Positions 35,271 to 49,285 of a DNA stretch of 64,000 nucleotides are shown piece by piece. The notes under the pieces were generated by a model, which made no database searches, had not been told where the DNA came from, and saw only the letters and a list, made by a program, of their open reading frames with translations. Where the stretch lies: the NCBI RefSeq assembly GCF_016433145.1, contig NC_058132.1, forward strand, positions 624,756,837 through 624,820,836. Direction: 5' to 3'. The stretch is from Gracilinanus agilis (taxonomy: Eukaryota). The position numbers and the translations under genes were made by a program. Each line of letters begins with the position of its first letter. Position 1 is the first letter of the stretch.

Positions 35271-36503
35271 TGGAATAGACATTGTCTAACTCCACAGATT
35301 AGAAAATAGAATGCAAAGGGATAATCTTCTTTTAAGGAATAGAATTGAGGTGGGAAAAGAAAACATCACTAAATCAAGATATAAATGGATATTCATTCTC
35401 ATAATTAACTGTATAAAATATAAAAAATAAAGTCTAAAACTGATACATTTTTAAGTGGGCAACATTTTGAGATTGTATCCAAATTATACAACTTGAATAG
35501 ATTTTTGGAGACAACGTGACTATTCCACACAACTTTAGCAAGTGATTATGGAATATGAGAGGCTGTTGAAAATATAAATTCCATTTCTGTTTGAGCCTAG
35601 AGGATGACCCTGAGAGGCCCTCTGAAGGGCAAGGGGGAAAATATATGCTTCCAGGATCTAAAATTGCATAGTACAAAAGAAAAAAATCATTACACATGAC
35701 TCAAAGAGGGACCAAGAATCAGCACCATGAACAAATGGTTCATATTGAGCATCTATGTGGTTTTTGAAACATATTCCAAAAAAATACAACTTCATAAGCC
35801 TAAAAAAAAATTTAAAAATACTGGATTTTGGTCAATGCAGTTTTCTTTGAAGCAAACAATGCCCACAGACAAAAAAAATTTTGCGGGGTCCAAAACTATT
35901 GTGCTCTGAAGGCACATCTTTTTTTTTTCTTAACTTGTTAAATGTATCCGCTTGAAGTTCTTCTGCCTAGAGCTACAACAAGGCTTTAAACATACATACT
36001 ATTAACCATGGCAGCTGGGAAGTGTCCTGAAACAATAACTGCTCAACAGCAGCTGTAGCGAATCAAAATTAAAAACCCTGTATCACCTCCTCTATTTGGG
36101 TATGCACCGACATTTATTTCTGCACTGAAGTTGAATGGAGATCATGTGAGTAGAAAAGAATGGCTAGGACCAAAGCAGACACGTCCTTCCAAACCCATTA
36201 AAGACTACAGAAAAACCTATCTCCAAAAATCATGCATGGAGAAAGGATCCAGGTCAATCCTGCCACTGCTGATAAGAGTGTTTTTCTCAGTATTGGAGAA
36301 CAATATGGGCTAGCAGAAGTCATTATAAAATGGCAGGACTTGAGGGGTGTCTTGCCACCAAATCAAGAAAAAATGCTGCAATTCTTTGGCTAATAAAAAT
36401 CTATATGAACATGGGCACAGGCTGGGATTAGATTTAGTAGTCATTCAAAGAGATCCATGCTATATACAATTATCACTGTTCACGCTGGACAAAACCTCAA
36501 TAC

Positions 36504-36705
36504 TTTTATTTTTATTACCTTTACCTTTCGTCTTAGATCAATACTAAGTACTGGTTCCAATGCAGAAGAGTCATAAGGTCTAGGAAATTGGGGTTAAGTG
36601 ACTTGCCCAGGATCGTACAACTAAAAAGTGTCTGAGATCACATTTGAATCCAGGACCTCCTGTCTCCAGATCTGGCTCTTTATCCACTGAGCCACCTAGT
36701 TACCC
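36504..36705 (-). mobile_element. Opossum CORE-SINE
   Basis: GGGGTTAAGTGACTTGCCCAGG...TTTGAATCCAGGACCTCC...ATCCACTGAGCCACCTAGTTACCC. Confidence 0.85.
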
Positions 36706-36958
36706 TTCTTTTTTTTTTTTCTTACCTAAGTAAATTTGGAAATCAATTAAAACTCTCAAAAAAATTTTTACCCCTTTTTTTCTTACTTAATTAAATTTGG
36801 AAATCAAATTAAAACCCTCAAAAAATTTTACCCCTTTTATTTTCCTTACTTAAGCAAATTTGGAAATCAAATTAAAACCTCAAAAAAATTTTTACCCCTC
36901 TTTTTTCTTACTTAAGTAAATTTGGAAATCAAATTATAACTCTCAAAATTTTTTTACT
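36701..36958. repeat. About 62-bp minisatellite, 4 copies
   Basis: Unit CTTACYTAAGTAAATTTGGAAATCAAATTAAAACYCTCAAAAAAATTTTTACCCCTTTTTT; CTTAC starts at 36721, 36782, 36845, 36907. Confidence 0.9.
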
Positions 36959-38002
36959 AAATGAGAGCATTTAAAAATAAATGAAAACTTTCATTTTGCT
37001 TTGCTAACATTATGCATTTAGAGGCTTCTTCCTATTCTTTATAAAGGTGAAAAGATGTTTAAATACGTTATTTGAAAAATGGCAACTTGAAAAGTATCCC
37101 ACCATGAACCACAGGAGAGCACTCTGGTTTATATTTGATTACAAATATATACTTTTTAAATATAATTACCATTTTAAAAAATTCCCTTGCTCCCTAAAAA
37201 TGTAACCCGTCATTTATTTATACCCTCGCCAACCTGGAATGTCTTTGCATCAGAAACAAACCTTTAACAAACTTCTACAAAAGTACAGGAACCCAGCTGG
37301 GATGAATTTGGGCATATATGGGGGAAACCTGCCAATATATGCACTCTGTTGCCCTACTTGCACCCCCAATGACAAAAGAGTCACAAAAACTTTCCTTTCT
37401 ATTATTAAAAAAATAATTAAGGAAAAGAGGATAATAATAATAATTACTAGGATTTCTTTAGCGCTTTCAAGTTTGGGAAGCATCTTCTGAACATTTCATT
37501 TTACACTCACAACCACCCAGGAAGGGGCTGCTATTATCATCCAAGGAGCAGTCCAGGCATACCTGTGCCGCTCAGACCAGACCTAGCAATTACTAAGATG
37601 TTGGATGCTTCCAAGTTTCAACTAGGGGATGTTGATCTACAACTAAACTTAGAAGCCAAATTAGGTCCAATCAAGAAGATCCCTTAAATTCATGGAGATA
37701 ACCAGGCTTCTTCAATTCTGCATCACAGGGTTGTCGTGAGGATAAAATGGGTAACTGTGACATATCCAGGGGAGCTATTTTTTATTATGCAAGCAGTAAT
37801 AGGAATAGATGTTAACCCTTGGTTTCTTATTACTAAAGAACAGGAATGGGTGGGGGGGGTGGACAAATCAAAGTGCTGGCTGATAAAAATATCTTTTACA
37901 TTTGGTTAAATAAGTCCAAATAACACCAAAGACAGAGCCTTAACTCAAATCTAGGTGTTCTGACTTCAAATCAACCCATCAAGTAACAAGAATTTATTAA
38001 GC

Positions 38003-38211
38003 AAGTGGCAGCTGGGTGGCTCAGTGGATTAAGAGTCAGGTCTAGGGATGAAGGTACTGGGTTCAAATGTGACCTCAGATACATCTTAGCTGTATGACCC
38101 TGGGCAAGTCACTTAACCCCCACTGTCTTGCCCTTACCTCTCTTCTGCTTTGGAACCAATATACAGTACTGATTCTAAGATGGAAGGTAAATATTTTACA
38201 AAAATTTAAAA
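38003..38211 (+). mobile_element. Opossum CORE-SINE with perfect 15-bp TSD, inserted in an L2 tail
   Basis: TSD AAGAATTTATTAAGC at 37988-38002 and 38212-38226. Confidence 0.9.
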
Positions 38212-41200
38212 AAGAATTTATTAAGCCTCTGCCATGTGCCAGGTATACTCACACTTTACCACTCTAGATAGAGGCTGCAACAAAACAAATTTAGGCTTGA
38301 CAGGAGGAAAAACTCTTCCTACAAATAGCGCTCCTCAAAAGTGGAACGAATGGGAGAGAATTTGGTGAGTTTCTGCTCATTGCAAAGACTGACCAACCAC
38401 TTGATGGGTTGGATGGATTAGAGGGTTTTCTTCATTAGGCATAGACTATTCTAGTTCTATGGGCTCCTGAGATCACTTCTGCCTGGGATTTTCTGAATTT
38501 CATTCTACTTTGGGAATTCATTCTAAAAGGGAGCAGTGCTACTCTTTTAAGACTCTCTGCTTCTCAAAGATGGGGATAGCCCAGAGATGAGAAATGAGCC
38601 AGAGGCAACATTCTATCAATACAATTCATGCTTACCAAGAAATATTCTTAAAATATAAATTACAGCCTACAAGAGTTTCCATTTGGTTGCAACAACTGTC
38701 ATTGCATTCTTTTTCCCCAAGGGTGGGAAAAAAATCTAGATTCCTATCTGACTTAATTTGTGAATTCAATTAAATAATTTTTATCTTCTCCAAGAATACT
38801 ATTTACGCCACCCCTGTTAGAATACAGCATTCTGACCTGATACCATCATCCATCAAAGCTAAATTTGTCAAAGCTGAAATTATATTGTCAATGAAATACA
38901 AGTGCCAACCCTCCAGGAGCTACTACTCTGAAACAGAGGGACAAAAGGTCAGAAGTGCAACTTCCAAATCACATAAATTATTTATTTAGGCCACTAGTGA
39001 CATAATTTTAATAGCATAACAACAAAAATAATTATGGCACAAAAAATGTTAAAAGTAAATGAAAAGCACCTTGGGGCTTACAAAAACTTCTACATACATT
39101 ACAGAAAAGGTGCTGAAAAAATGTGGGCTACATAAGAAGGTAAATTCTAGGTGCGAACCCTAAAAATGCAAAGAAGGAAAATTCCTACTACCCAACATGC
39201 ACTATTAGCAGATGGTTCTCTACCAAGAGAACCATGAAATGTTAATTTTATAAAATAGTATCTCCCAAGACTGTACTTCCCAAGGAAAGAATAAAATCTG
39301 TGAGCAATTGTATTCTGTATCATTATCTTCCTTCAAAAGCTTTTAGAACAAAGCAAGTAATTTTCTGAATGAAAGATTAAAAAAGGAGAGAAAGTTTCAG
39401 AGGGGCAAAATTCACTACATGTATCAAGTAAAGCAGAATTGGGGGGAAATGTATTGCTAAGTTCCTAGCTAGTTTCCACTTACCATTTTCTAAACATTTC
39501 CCATACTGGTCTATTTTTAGTTTCTTTTTATTCAAATTACTACATTTTTGGGGTTTTCTTTTTATACCATCTTGTGGTTTCTGCAGTCCTAAAATTATGC
39601 AAAACTCTGAAAGTACTGTATTAAGTCTCTCTGAGAAGGCTACTGCCCAAATTTATGCCAAAAATATAACAAACAAAGCCCACAAAAAATGCCATGGATG
39701 CCACATCTCAGATTTTGGCGGTCACCCGTCAGAAAGCCACTAGAAAGAAGAATGAACTTACCAACACACAAATCTTAAGTTTGAATGGATTTTTTTTCCA
39801 AAGGAGAACATATTTCTTCCAAATAGCACAATGAAACTTTTTAACAACCATCCATCCTTCATCAGAATTGCTGAATCCAACAACATCAAAAACTGTATTA
39901 AAGCCTTTGTGGTCTTCTCTCCCTCTTGGCTTTTATGATATCAACCAACTCTTGTTCCATTTGAGACCATTTTTCTCATTCTCATAATAGGTCCTACTAG
40001 CTTGTTCTTTTAAAAACTAAACAAAACATTTTAAACTCTTAAGTAACAGACACACAACTCACATCCTTCTTCCAAAAATCACTTCAAGCTCTGAAACCAA
40101 GTTTCTCTGCAACAATACCAAAAGCCCTTCAATAATGTGACCCATACCTATCATGAGGTCTAGCTCCTATCATTCTTGGAATCATGGTGCTTTTTAATAC
40201 AGTATTTTTCGTGTCAAAAAAAACAAGAGTTGAGTTTTAAGCAAGTTGCTTATCAGGAGATGAGGGACTCAGGATTAAAATCAGAATCACAATTCTCCCT
40301 CTTCTCCACAGTAAAAGAAAAAGCAATGACATGGGTAATCCTAAAGAGATGACAATCCAAGCACCATTTCTGTTTGGTTTCTAGTAGATTTACTAGAGGG
40401 TTTTGTTGAAGCTGACATTAAACTAGGCTTGCATACCCTTAGCACATACACAGCAGCTGATATGAGGAAGGGAGCCATGTACCATGCTTAAAAATTATGA
40501 GTGCAACTTCATTATCGAGCATACCCAAAAGAGATGATCCTCAGGAGACAGTATTCAAAAAGTACTTTAGAACCATCCAATCTTAAGAGTCTAAAGGGAC
40601 CTCAAAATGATTTCCAACTTCCCATCTTCTTTAAGAAGCCTACTTATTTGGAGAAAAATTCAATACAATAAATTATCAGTGTGCGAAAACTATTTAGACA
40701 GGATTTGACTTGTACTGACTTCTGGTATACGCATGTCAATGAAGACTGAGAAAAGATGCACAATACAAACGAAAAAAAAGATCAACAAAAATCACTTGTA
40801 TTTGGCTTTTGGAATGTGGTCAGACATAGTGCAAAAACTATATAAGCCTATTCACCCTTTCCCAACTCTGATCCTCCCTTCCCACCCACAGTCTGAAGAC
40901 GTCCTTTCTGCTCTGTTCTGTCGCTGACATTCAACTGGACAATGAAGGGATCCATTTGGAAGGCAGGAGCCCCCCAGTTCTCTATAGATAATCCACCAAG
41001 TAGATAAGGTATTTGCAGTTGACTCTAACAACAGCTGACTCTAGGGAAATCTGGTAAATATCTTACATGGGAAATTGGGAGGTGTGTTTCAGATAATATT
41101 TAAGTTCAAAATGATTAATCTAAAACAAAAACTTGGTAGTTAATAGCATGAATTAATGAAGCAAGAGTCATACCTTTAATCTTTTTAGTTAAATGGCTTC

Positions 41201-41825
41201 CAGAGAAAATTAATTTAACCAGGCCACTGATTCTACCTTTAATTCCATCCAATCTATTCATGGGCTAATGGAAAGATGATATGTGATACGTAACTCAAAA
41301 TAAATGACAACACCACTGGAAACCCTACAAAATAGAGTAATATGCTCTACTGCTTTGCACTCTTCTCATTTATGTACAAATTATTTCAAGGAAGAGAGGG
41401 GAAGAGAATAAGCAATTACAGAGAACCTACTGTGTGCCTGGCACTGTGCTAATCGCTTTACAAATATTATCTCATCACATAATACCTGAAGAATTATAGC
41501 TCCTTGAAGGCAGGAACGTCTTCTTGTTTTTGTATCCACAGTGCCTGGTACCATAGAAGGTACTCAGTAAAAAATGAAATATAGAATTGACAAGGGTCAA
41601 TGGCATTATTTTCATACATGGACTCCAAGGCAATGGATTGCAATAAAAATTAAACAATTTATTCTGCAGTCACCATGATCAGCTCACGACCCAAACATCA
41701 GTGTGCAGAATAAGAAACCAAGTTATCTCATTGGTTTTTCTAAAAAATTAAATGCAACAAGAGACACAAATTAATTGTTCTCTAAGGATACAAAGACATA
41801 TATATGTTTTATCATCAGTTTTAAA

Positions 41826-41950
41826 ATTTTTTATTTAATTCATTAATTTATAACATTTCTCCATGGTTATATTATTCATGTTCTATCCCTCCTCTCCTCC
41901 TACCCCCTCCCATAGCCCACACACAATTCCACTGGGTTTTACATGTGTCA
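41826..41950 (-). mobile_element. Short L1 3' end with 19-bp TSD
   Basis: CAATTCCACTGGGTTTTACATG (reverse of the L1 3' UTR motif); TTTTATCATCAGTTTTAAA at 41807-41825 and 41951-41969. Confidence 0.85.
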
Positions 41951-43829
41951 TTTTATCATCAGTTTTAAAGCACTGAATAAGGGATGCCATCATAAGGAAA
42001 CTCTTATCTACCAGCCTCATCAGGATCATAATTCTTCTACAACTTAGAGATTTAAAGAGTTCTCACAGGGTTGAGAGACTTGCCTAAGAGGTAGGTTTTG
42101 AGTTTAGCACCACAGATTTCAATGGCACAAAGAACTCCTTCCACATATGAAGGATCATAATCCTTCTATAACTTATAGATTTAAAGATTTCTTAGACTTG
42201 AGAAAGACTTAGAGGTAGGATCTGAACTCAGGATCAACATATAATCTATTCTTCCATATTATCTCTCACAGAAGAGACACCTAGGAGAAAGGTATCATAT
42301 ACCACAGCCGCTGTTAGGGAACTAGTCAGCTGGGACTTCTCTCAAAGCTTCAGAGATATGGGGAATTCTAGTTCTCACTGTCTGCAATACTGTATGAAGC
42401 TCAATCTCTAAAAAGAAAGGGATGAACTTTTTCCCCTTTTTTTCTTTTATTGAAGGTAGAATGAGAGAATTATGAAATCTCTGACAAAAATTATCATCCC
42501 TCAGTTTACCCACATGACTAAAGAAGACGCTGTAGCAAACTATGAATTAGATACAACACACGCTAACCCTCCCCCCAAAAATATGACGTATATAGAAATA
42601 TTATTAAAAACTAATTCATCGATAATATCAATATTCCTCAGTGAAGAAAGGTGAAATAAATACAGAGGGTTGTTTTTTTTTTTTGAGGAAGTGTTCTGGC
42701 TATTTTTGTATACTGCATCTCTGGCATAAACTTTCCTTATACTTTTAAAAATGATGGTTAACCAGTGCTCTGAAATGTGGTTATGGAATCAATGATATCT
42801 GATATAATATCAAGGAGGTTAGAGAATTAAAATAAAACTTTGGTTCATAAAACATACAAGCTTCTACAAGGTGCCAGTCTCCTGGGCATCCAAGTGTTAT
42901 CAGCAAGTCTAAATTTAGGTTTCATACCCTAAAAACCACTCAATATAAGAGTTCAAAAATAAATGCTAATCTAAAAATAAGGCCAGGAGAGTAATAGGTT
43001 ATTTCAGGTGACAAGGGAGGGAGGGAGAGAACCTTGCTAAAGCCTGATTTAATTCAATAGCTAGAAAACTACTTTTATGAGGAATCCCAAGAAGGATTGG
43101 ATTCATTCATTGTAGCAAAATAGAGACTCAGGTAAAGTGAACCAGAGTAGGAGTCTGTTGTGCTAACTTAAGGCACAGACCAGGCTAGCCCAGAGGTTGG
43201 GCTATTGGCTCATCGAAAACCAGATATGACTAGGATGAAGTTCTATGAACTGAGTCCCAAGAAGTCCATACCCAGTACCTAGATGGACTGGATTCTTAGG
43301 CGTGTATCTCAGGGGCTAGGATGACATAATGGGGCATGGCTAGAGATCTTGGAGGAAGCCCCTTACCAACCCATGTAGGGCTCTAATTAAGGGATATAAG
43401 GACCTATAACTATGAAGATTCAGGCCAGACGTTGGTTGGTTGGTTCACATCCAAGTATGTGTCTTTGTGGCGGAGTTTATTAATGCATGGCCAAAAAAGG
43501 TATGGCTATCAGAAGTTTATAACTAAAAGGACTTTCCTTCCTTACCTTCCACACATGCAAGAGTTTCTAGAATGAATGACACAGAACTTGAGAGTTGGAG
43601 ATGGGAGGTAAGCCCTCACCTGTCTAGAAGTGGGCATTTTAGGAGATCCTGGCACACTCGGCACACTCCTTAGAAGGTCTTGTCTTTTCAACAAGTGTAT
43701 TATTTAGTCAAACATTTCCATTATTCCTTATGACCTAAGAAGTAATAAATACAAAATCATTTTATGGAGGTTCATTGGGAAAAAAGACCATCCAATGAAC
43801 TAAGTTATTTAGGTCTTTCTCTACCACTA

Positions 43830-43980
43830 TGAGCCAAGAGTTTGACTTCCACTAATTCTGTTTGCCTCAGTTTCCTCCTCTATAAAAATGAGCTGGAGAA
43901 GGAAATGGAAAGGTACTCAGTATCTCTGCCAAGAAAACCCTAATTTGGGTCACAAAGAATTGGACAGAAATGAACAATAA
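43830..43980 (+). mobile_element. Mar1-type SINE with RTE/Bov-A-like tail
   Basis: CCTCAGTTTCCTC...GCTGGAGAAGGAAATGGAAAGGTACTCAGTATCTCTGCCAAGAAAACCC...GGGTCACAAAGAATTGGACA. Confidence 0.75.
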
Positions 43981-45592
43981 TACTTCTAGTAATTTTACAT
44001 ACCACTTGGCAGCATCAGCACTAAATTTCTAATTAACAAAAAAATCTGAAGCTACCTATGATTGTCTATCAGTTAATACCCTGGGAATGTAGAACTGAAC
44101 ACTGCCCTAAAAGTGTCCCTAATGGGAAACTCAAGGCCTTCCTGGGGAACTAATAAATCAATGGAGATGAAATCAAGGTAACACGGCATTCTCTTTGAGA
44201 GACCCAAATCATACCAAATGTTCAGAACTCACTGATATGCGGTAGTGCCTAACTAGAAACCAAACATAGCTAAGGAACCTAGACATGCTTGTGACAGCTA
44301 TCATTATTGGGTTTTTCAAGAATTTCTGAAATCCTAACAACATCTGGCAGTGTTAACACATTAGAGACACGACAGAAACTTGGAAATCTACCGCCCATCA
44401 ACCTATCATCATGAGACCCAGGTACTTTAAAGAGGCTACCATTTAAGTGGTAACACCACAGCAAATGGAAGAAGATTCATCCTAGTCATTATCTCTAGGT
44501 TGCTTCAAATCTAAAATTCCAGGAAATCAGATGATGATAGAACAAGTATCAGGCCAATCAAAAGAGAGAAATCTCTCTCTCCTGATAGGCAAATGAATCT
44601 GAAAATTAACAAAAAAAGTTTATATTCATATTAGGGGAAACAATATAATCTATCACAGTCCTATTTCTTAGGAAGGGATAAGGATTAAGCCTTAAATCAT
44701 GTAAAATTTAAGTATGAATTTTTTGTTTTTCTTGATGAAACCACTACTGCTGTGTATTTATAACAAACTATTCAAGTGAACAGGCTAAACATGGAAGTTA
44801 TTGTACATAACTAAATATAGTTTGAAATACAGAGATCTGTAACTAGGGCAGGGTGACTAGAGCGGTGCCTTAGGGTACTGAAATTAAGAGGCACTTACAC
44901 TATTTTAGCACAGGAAAAAAACTGAGCTTTGCAAAAATTAGCAAGGTTAGCAAGAATAATTTTTTGTAAGAATAATTAATAAAAATAGCTTCCCTTCACC
45001 CACAACAGCTGTGCCCCTAGCACAACCTGCTGGTATCCCAAGATCTTTTACCCAATGGGAATCACAATATGTTTCTAAGTCCAAGGGCTTTTATTGAAGT
45101 TCTCCCCCTTTGCCTCAGGTATACGTCTAGGTGTCTTTTGATGACAAAATTGCTCATTATAGCTCTGTTTTATATACTGAGGGGGAGTGGAAAAAGCAAA
45201 GGAAACCCAGTTCTACTCCCGCCACCAAGGCAACAGGACCCCAGGCGAATCACTAAAAACAACAACAACAACAACAAAAAACTCCTTGAGCCTCAGTTTC
45301 CTCATCTATAAAATGAAATAAATAAAAAAATTACCTAAGATCTCCACTACAACTTTTATCATTGAGCATTAATCTGGTGAGCCTCAGACTCCACAAACAA
45401 TCTATAACAACCTTTAACAGAAGCCTTTAATTCCTGAAGAATTCCACCAGCCTGTTGCCACTTGTGTACAGATGCCTTTTTGCCCATTGTATTATCTGCT
45501 AAAATAGTTGTTCTGAAGCCTCACAAACAAAAGAGCCCACCAAAGTAACTACCCATCCATCAGTCCAATAGGACTCTGTTCATAACTGTCCT

Positions 45593-45613
45593 TGGTCACT
45601 AGGTCAATGACCC
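45593..45613. promoter_or_regulatory. Composite nuclear-receptor element (DR2 + IR1)
   Basis: TGGTCA-CT-AGGTCA-A-TGACCC. Confidence 0.45.
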
Positions 45614-48600
45614 ATCTAGAAATGGACCCCCCCCACACACACACTCCTTGTTTCCTGTGACTCTACCAATTCTCGCTGTCCTTTCTTCCTTCTATTTCTG
45701 TAGCCAGATATTCTAAGTAAATCTGGACATAAACACGAGCTGACTAAACCACAGTAGTCATAGTTCTCAATAACTAACTGAATGAGTTCTCGACCCAGAA
45801 AAACTATAAATTCTGGGGGCAGCCACGTTGAACTATGGCCTGAATGGCGGTCTCTCTGACTTGGCACTGACAGATTTAAATCAGGAACAACCAAGAGCAA
45901 GCCCATATTTAAGGATTTTTTTCCCCTTTCCTCAGGGTAAAAATATATGAACAAACATGAAAACACAAACAGCAGCCAACACTATCAAAGTTACTCTAAT
46001 TACAGTGAGCATGCAGGAAGAAACAATATCTGGCCAGCTTCTCCCCTCTCCGTTTTCCCTTCTCACACCCTTCCTTGCTCTCTGGGGCTGGTCAGCTGTG
46101 CAGTTCAGATTTCTATGACCAAATTCAAACAGCTGACCCAGCTAGCCAAAGGAAATCAGCACTGCTCTGGAATGTGAGCTGCTTTTCACCTATTTCCTGT
46201 GGTGGCCCTGGTCCACATCAGGGTTCTCCCTTCCATACTGGCACTGGCCAGCACCAAGACCACCCACCCAATTGTAATGCCCAGGGTCTAAACCTTAGAA
46301 GAGCTGAAGCAGCAAGAATTGTGCTAGCAGAAAATATCACAGCAAAAACTCATTGGCAAGTGAGTGATACTTTTATTTTCCATATTTAAAAGTTAGTTAA
46401 ATGCTGAGGACATACCCCACATATCCCATCAAAAGAACAAAAATATAACAAAACATAAATATGCTTTAAACTGTGTGTGTCTAAATTTGTTCTTTCTACT
46501 TAAAAAGTATCATTCCAAGAGAGATGCTTTTGGGTAGTGTTTTTCCCCCTTGTCAAGCTAATAAATGCAACCTCAAACTCCAGGATTTGATAGTAAAGTC
46601 TATTCATTTTTCATGACAAGACTGTCGCCCTCAAATAGTGAACTTCATACATCTTTTCACATTCAAGTTACGCAGATTAAGGAGAGGAGAATGAACTGAA
46701 AAATATTTCCAATCAGATGCAAAAAAAAAAAAGTCAAATCAGATGTACTTTTGTATCCTGTGGGTGGGGGAGAAGGAGATGAAGAATTTGAACCACAGTG
46801 AACCTCCAAATTGTTAAATTTTCTTAGATTTACACTGCATTACGTAGAAATTAAACTATGCTTATGAGAGGTAGGGGAATTGGGAGTAGGATCGTATCAG
46901 CTGCAGACAGACACTTTTGCTCTAAGTCTAGCAAATGCAAGCAGTGAGAAGGAGGGAATCTTGGTAGGAGAAGGAAAGGTAATGCCAAGGTGCCAATGAA
47001 AATACTTTGCAGCCTCCAAGATTATGGGGAAACATTCATTAAGGCTATTCTAAATTTTAAAAGCGTGTGTACGTGCATAAGCTCATAAGATGATCAGGCT
47101 ACTTCAAATATAATCTATCGCTTATTCACCCTCAGCTTCCTACAGATGGGTCTTTCTTGGAAAGGCTAAAGTTATCACCCATATAACCTGGCAGGTGAGG
47201 GATACTTCCAAAAACTGAAGCTTTCGGTTTTTAGTTCACAAACAAAGCTAGTTCATAAATAGCCAAATATATGTACTCCAGGGGATTGCTAACACTTTTA
47301 ATGCAAATATAGTCCAATTGTGCCAATTCCCCTTGGATGTCAATGACTGGAGAACAGAGAGTACCTAATTAAAACATCACACAACGTCTACAGAGGATCC
47401 CATCCACCTCTGCCCTGAATGAATCCCACAATGGTATGTGGCTTGCAAATGAATACAAGACAGGAAGCATTACAAGTCATTTGATGTTCTTTAAGTGTCT
47501 GAGAACACCATGAGAACCTCCATGATGGAGCGGAAGGTGCAAAGGACCTGGAGTTAAGTGTAGCTGTATGATTCCCCTTTCCTTTTCTAGCTTCCTTTTG
47601 CAGTTTGTCTCCCCCTCCATTCACGTAGAAAGTCTCTGGGGGCAGGAAATGTCTTTTTTTTCATATTTGTATCCCCAAAGCTTAGTAGAATGCCTGACAC
47701 ACGGTAGGTGCTTCATAAATATTTACTACCTATTGACTGACTCTGGGCAACTCATAATTCCTCAGCATTCTAGACAGAAATTGGAGAGAAGATGGTAGAA
47801 GGAGTTTTCTTCACCAGAAAGCTCCCCACGTTAATGGAAACACAGGTCCGGCTCCTATCCCTATCCTACTTCAAAAGGTCATTAAGAAGAAATATCTTGA
47901 AAGCTCTGAATCCAAGGCTATATACTGTGGCCCATGAATAATAATCCTATTTTTACCTAGAGACTCATTTTGGTGAAAAGAATGCATAACGACGTGCCTT
48001 AGGTTTTCTATTCTGAGCTTATTTCCCAGTAGCCTTCTCAATCAACAAGTACAGACAACAAGAGAGATTATAAGGGAATGTGCTTGAAAAATTACCGATG
48101 TAATCCAAAGTTAAATATATAGAGAAAGTACACAGAGGTAAAAAAAAACAACCCATCCCTGGTTGTAATCTTTTATGATCTAGGCTCTAAAGAATCTTAC
48201 TGCCAGATCTACAGGACAAGCTGAGACAGTTCTTAAAGAGACCAAAAAAAAATTATTATTATTTTCTTCCAATGAGCATCTGGCTCTTCTGCAGAGGAAG
48301 GAAATGACAAAGGATGGACATGATTTTTGAAAGCTTGAGATGCTGGAAAACTTTATTTTCTATCCAGGTATTTCCATCATCCAGGATGAACTCTCTTCCA
48401 CTCTATCCTCATGTCAAAGCCAGGCTCATTATTATAAGTCAGAGAAAAGGGCAACAGAGACAGCTGGTGTAATGGAGGAGCCCTGAGGGTCCCGGGCCTC
48501 CGGAGATGGGGCTTCTAGCACGAGGCTCTGGCTCTCATTAAGTAGCTATGTGACCTGAGACAAGTTATTTAACCTCTGTGGACTCAGTGTCCTCATCTGT

Positions 48601-49285
48601 AAAATCAAGGAGAGGGGCTTTCCAGTTCTAACATTCAAACGTTCCAAATGATTAATGAGAATTGGTACATGCAAGTCATAGGAGTGAGCAAGGGCTGTCC
48701 CAGAAGGGAAGAGGGGGAAAGAATCCTGCTGGGTTTCTCCTTAATCTTTATGCAGACAAATTATGATTAAAAATGAATGCACGGGCCAGCCTTGAAGAGG
48801 AAAATTAGGAATAAAAGAGCAATATGTGGCCCTGGGAGGGTTTGACTTGGGGACATGAAAAGGGGCTGCAGACCTCAAATGCTGGGTGAATGGATGATTA
48901 ATATTTTTTTCTTTTCTCTTTTCTTTTTGCTTTTTTTTTCTCTCCCCTATGGACCAGTTATCTCTCTGCAATGGAGGCTGGTGAACTGCTATCCATCCTG
49001 GTGAGGGCAGAGGTTCATTCGCCATGCCCAAGGGATGAAAATTCAATCTCCTCCCCCAAGCCACATTTTAAAAACTGGAGTTTGCTCAGATTATGCTGAC
49101 ATGGATCAGGGCTGTCTCCAGAGGCTGGAAGACATCCCACTCAATCTAGGTCCAGGTCAGGCAACCTAAGGAAGTATTGATAGAGGAAAAAAAGCCTTAA
49201 AATCCTGTCTGAGGAAGGAAGACATCTCACTGAGCCTCAGTTTCCTTACCTGAGATATAAAGGCTTTAGACTAGATGATCTATGG

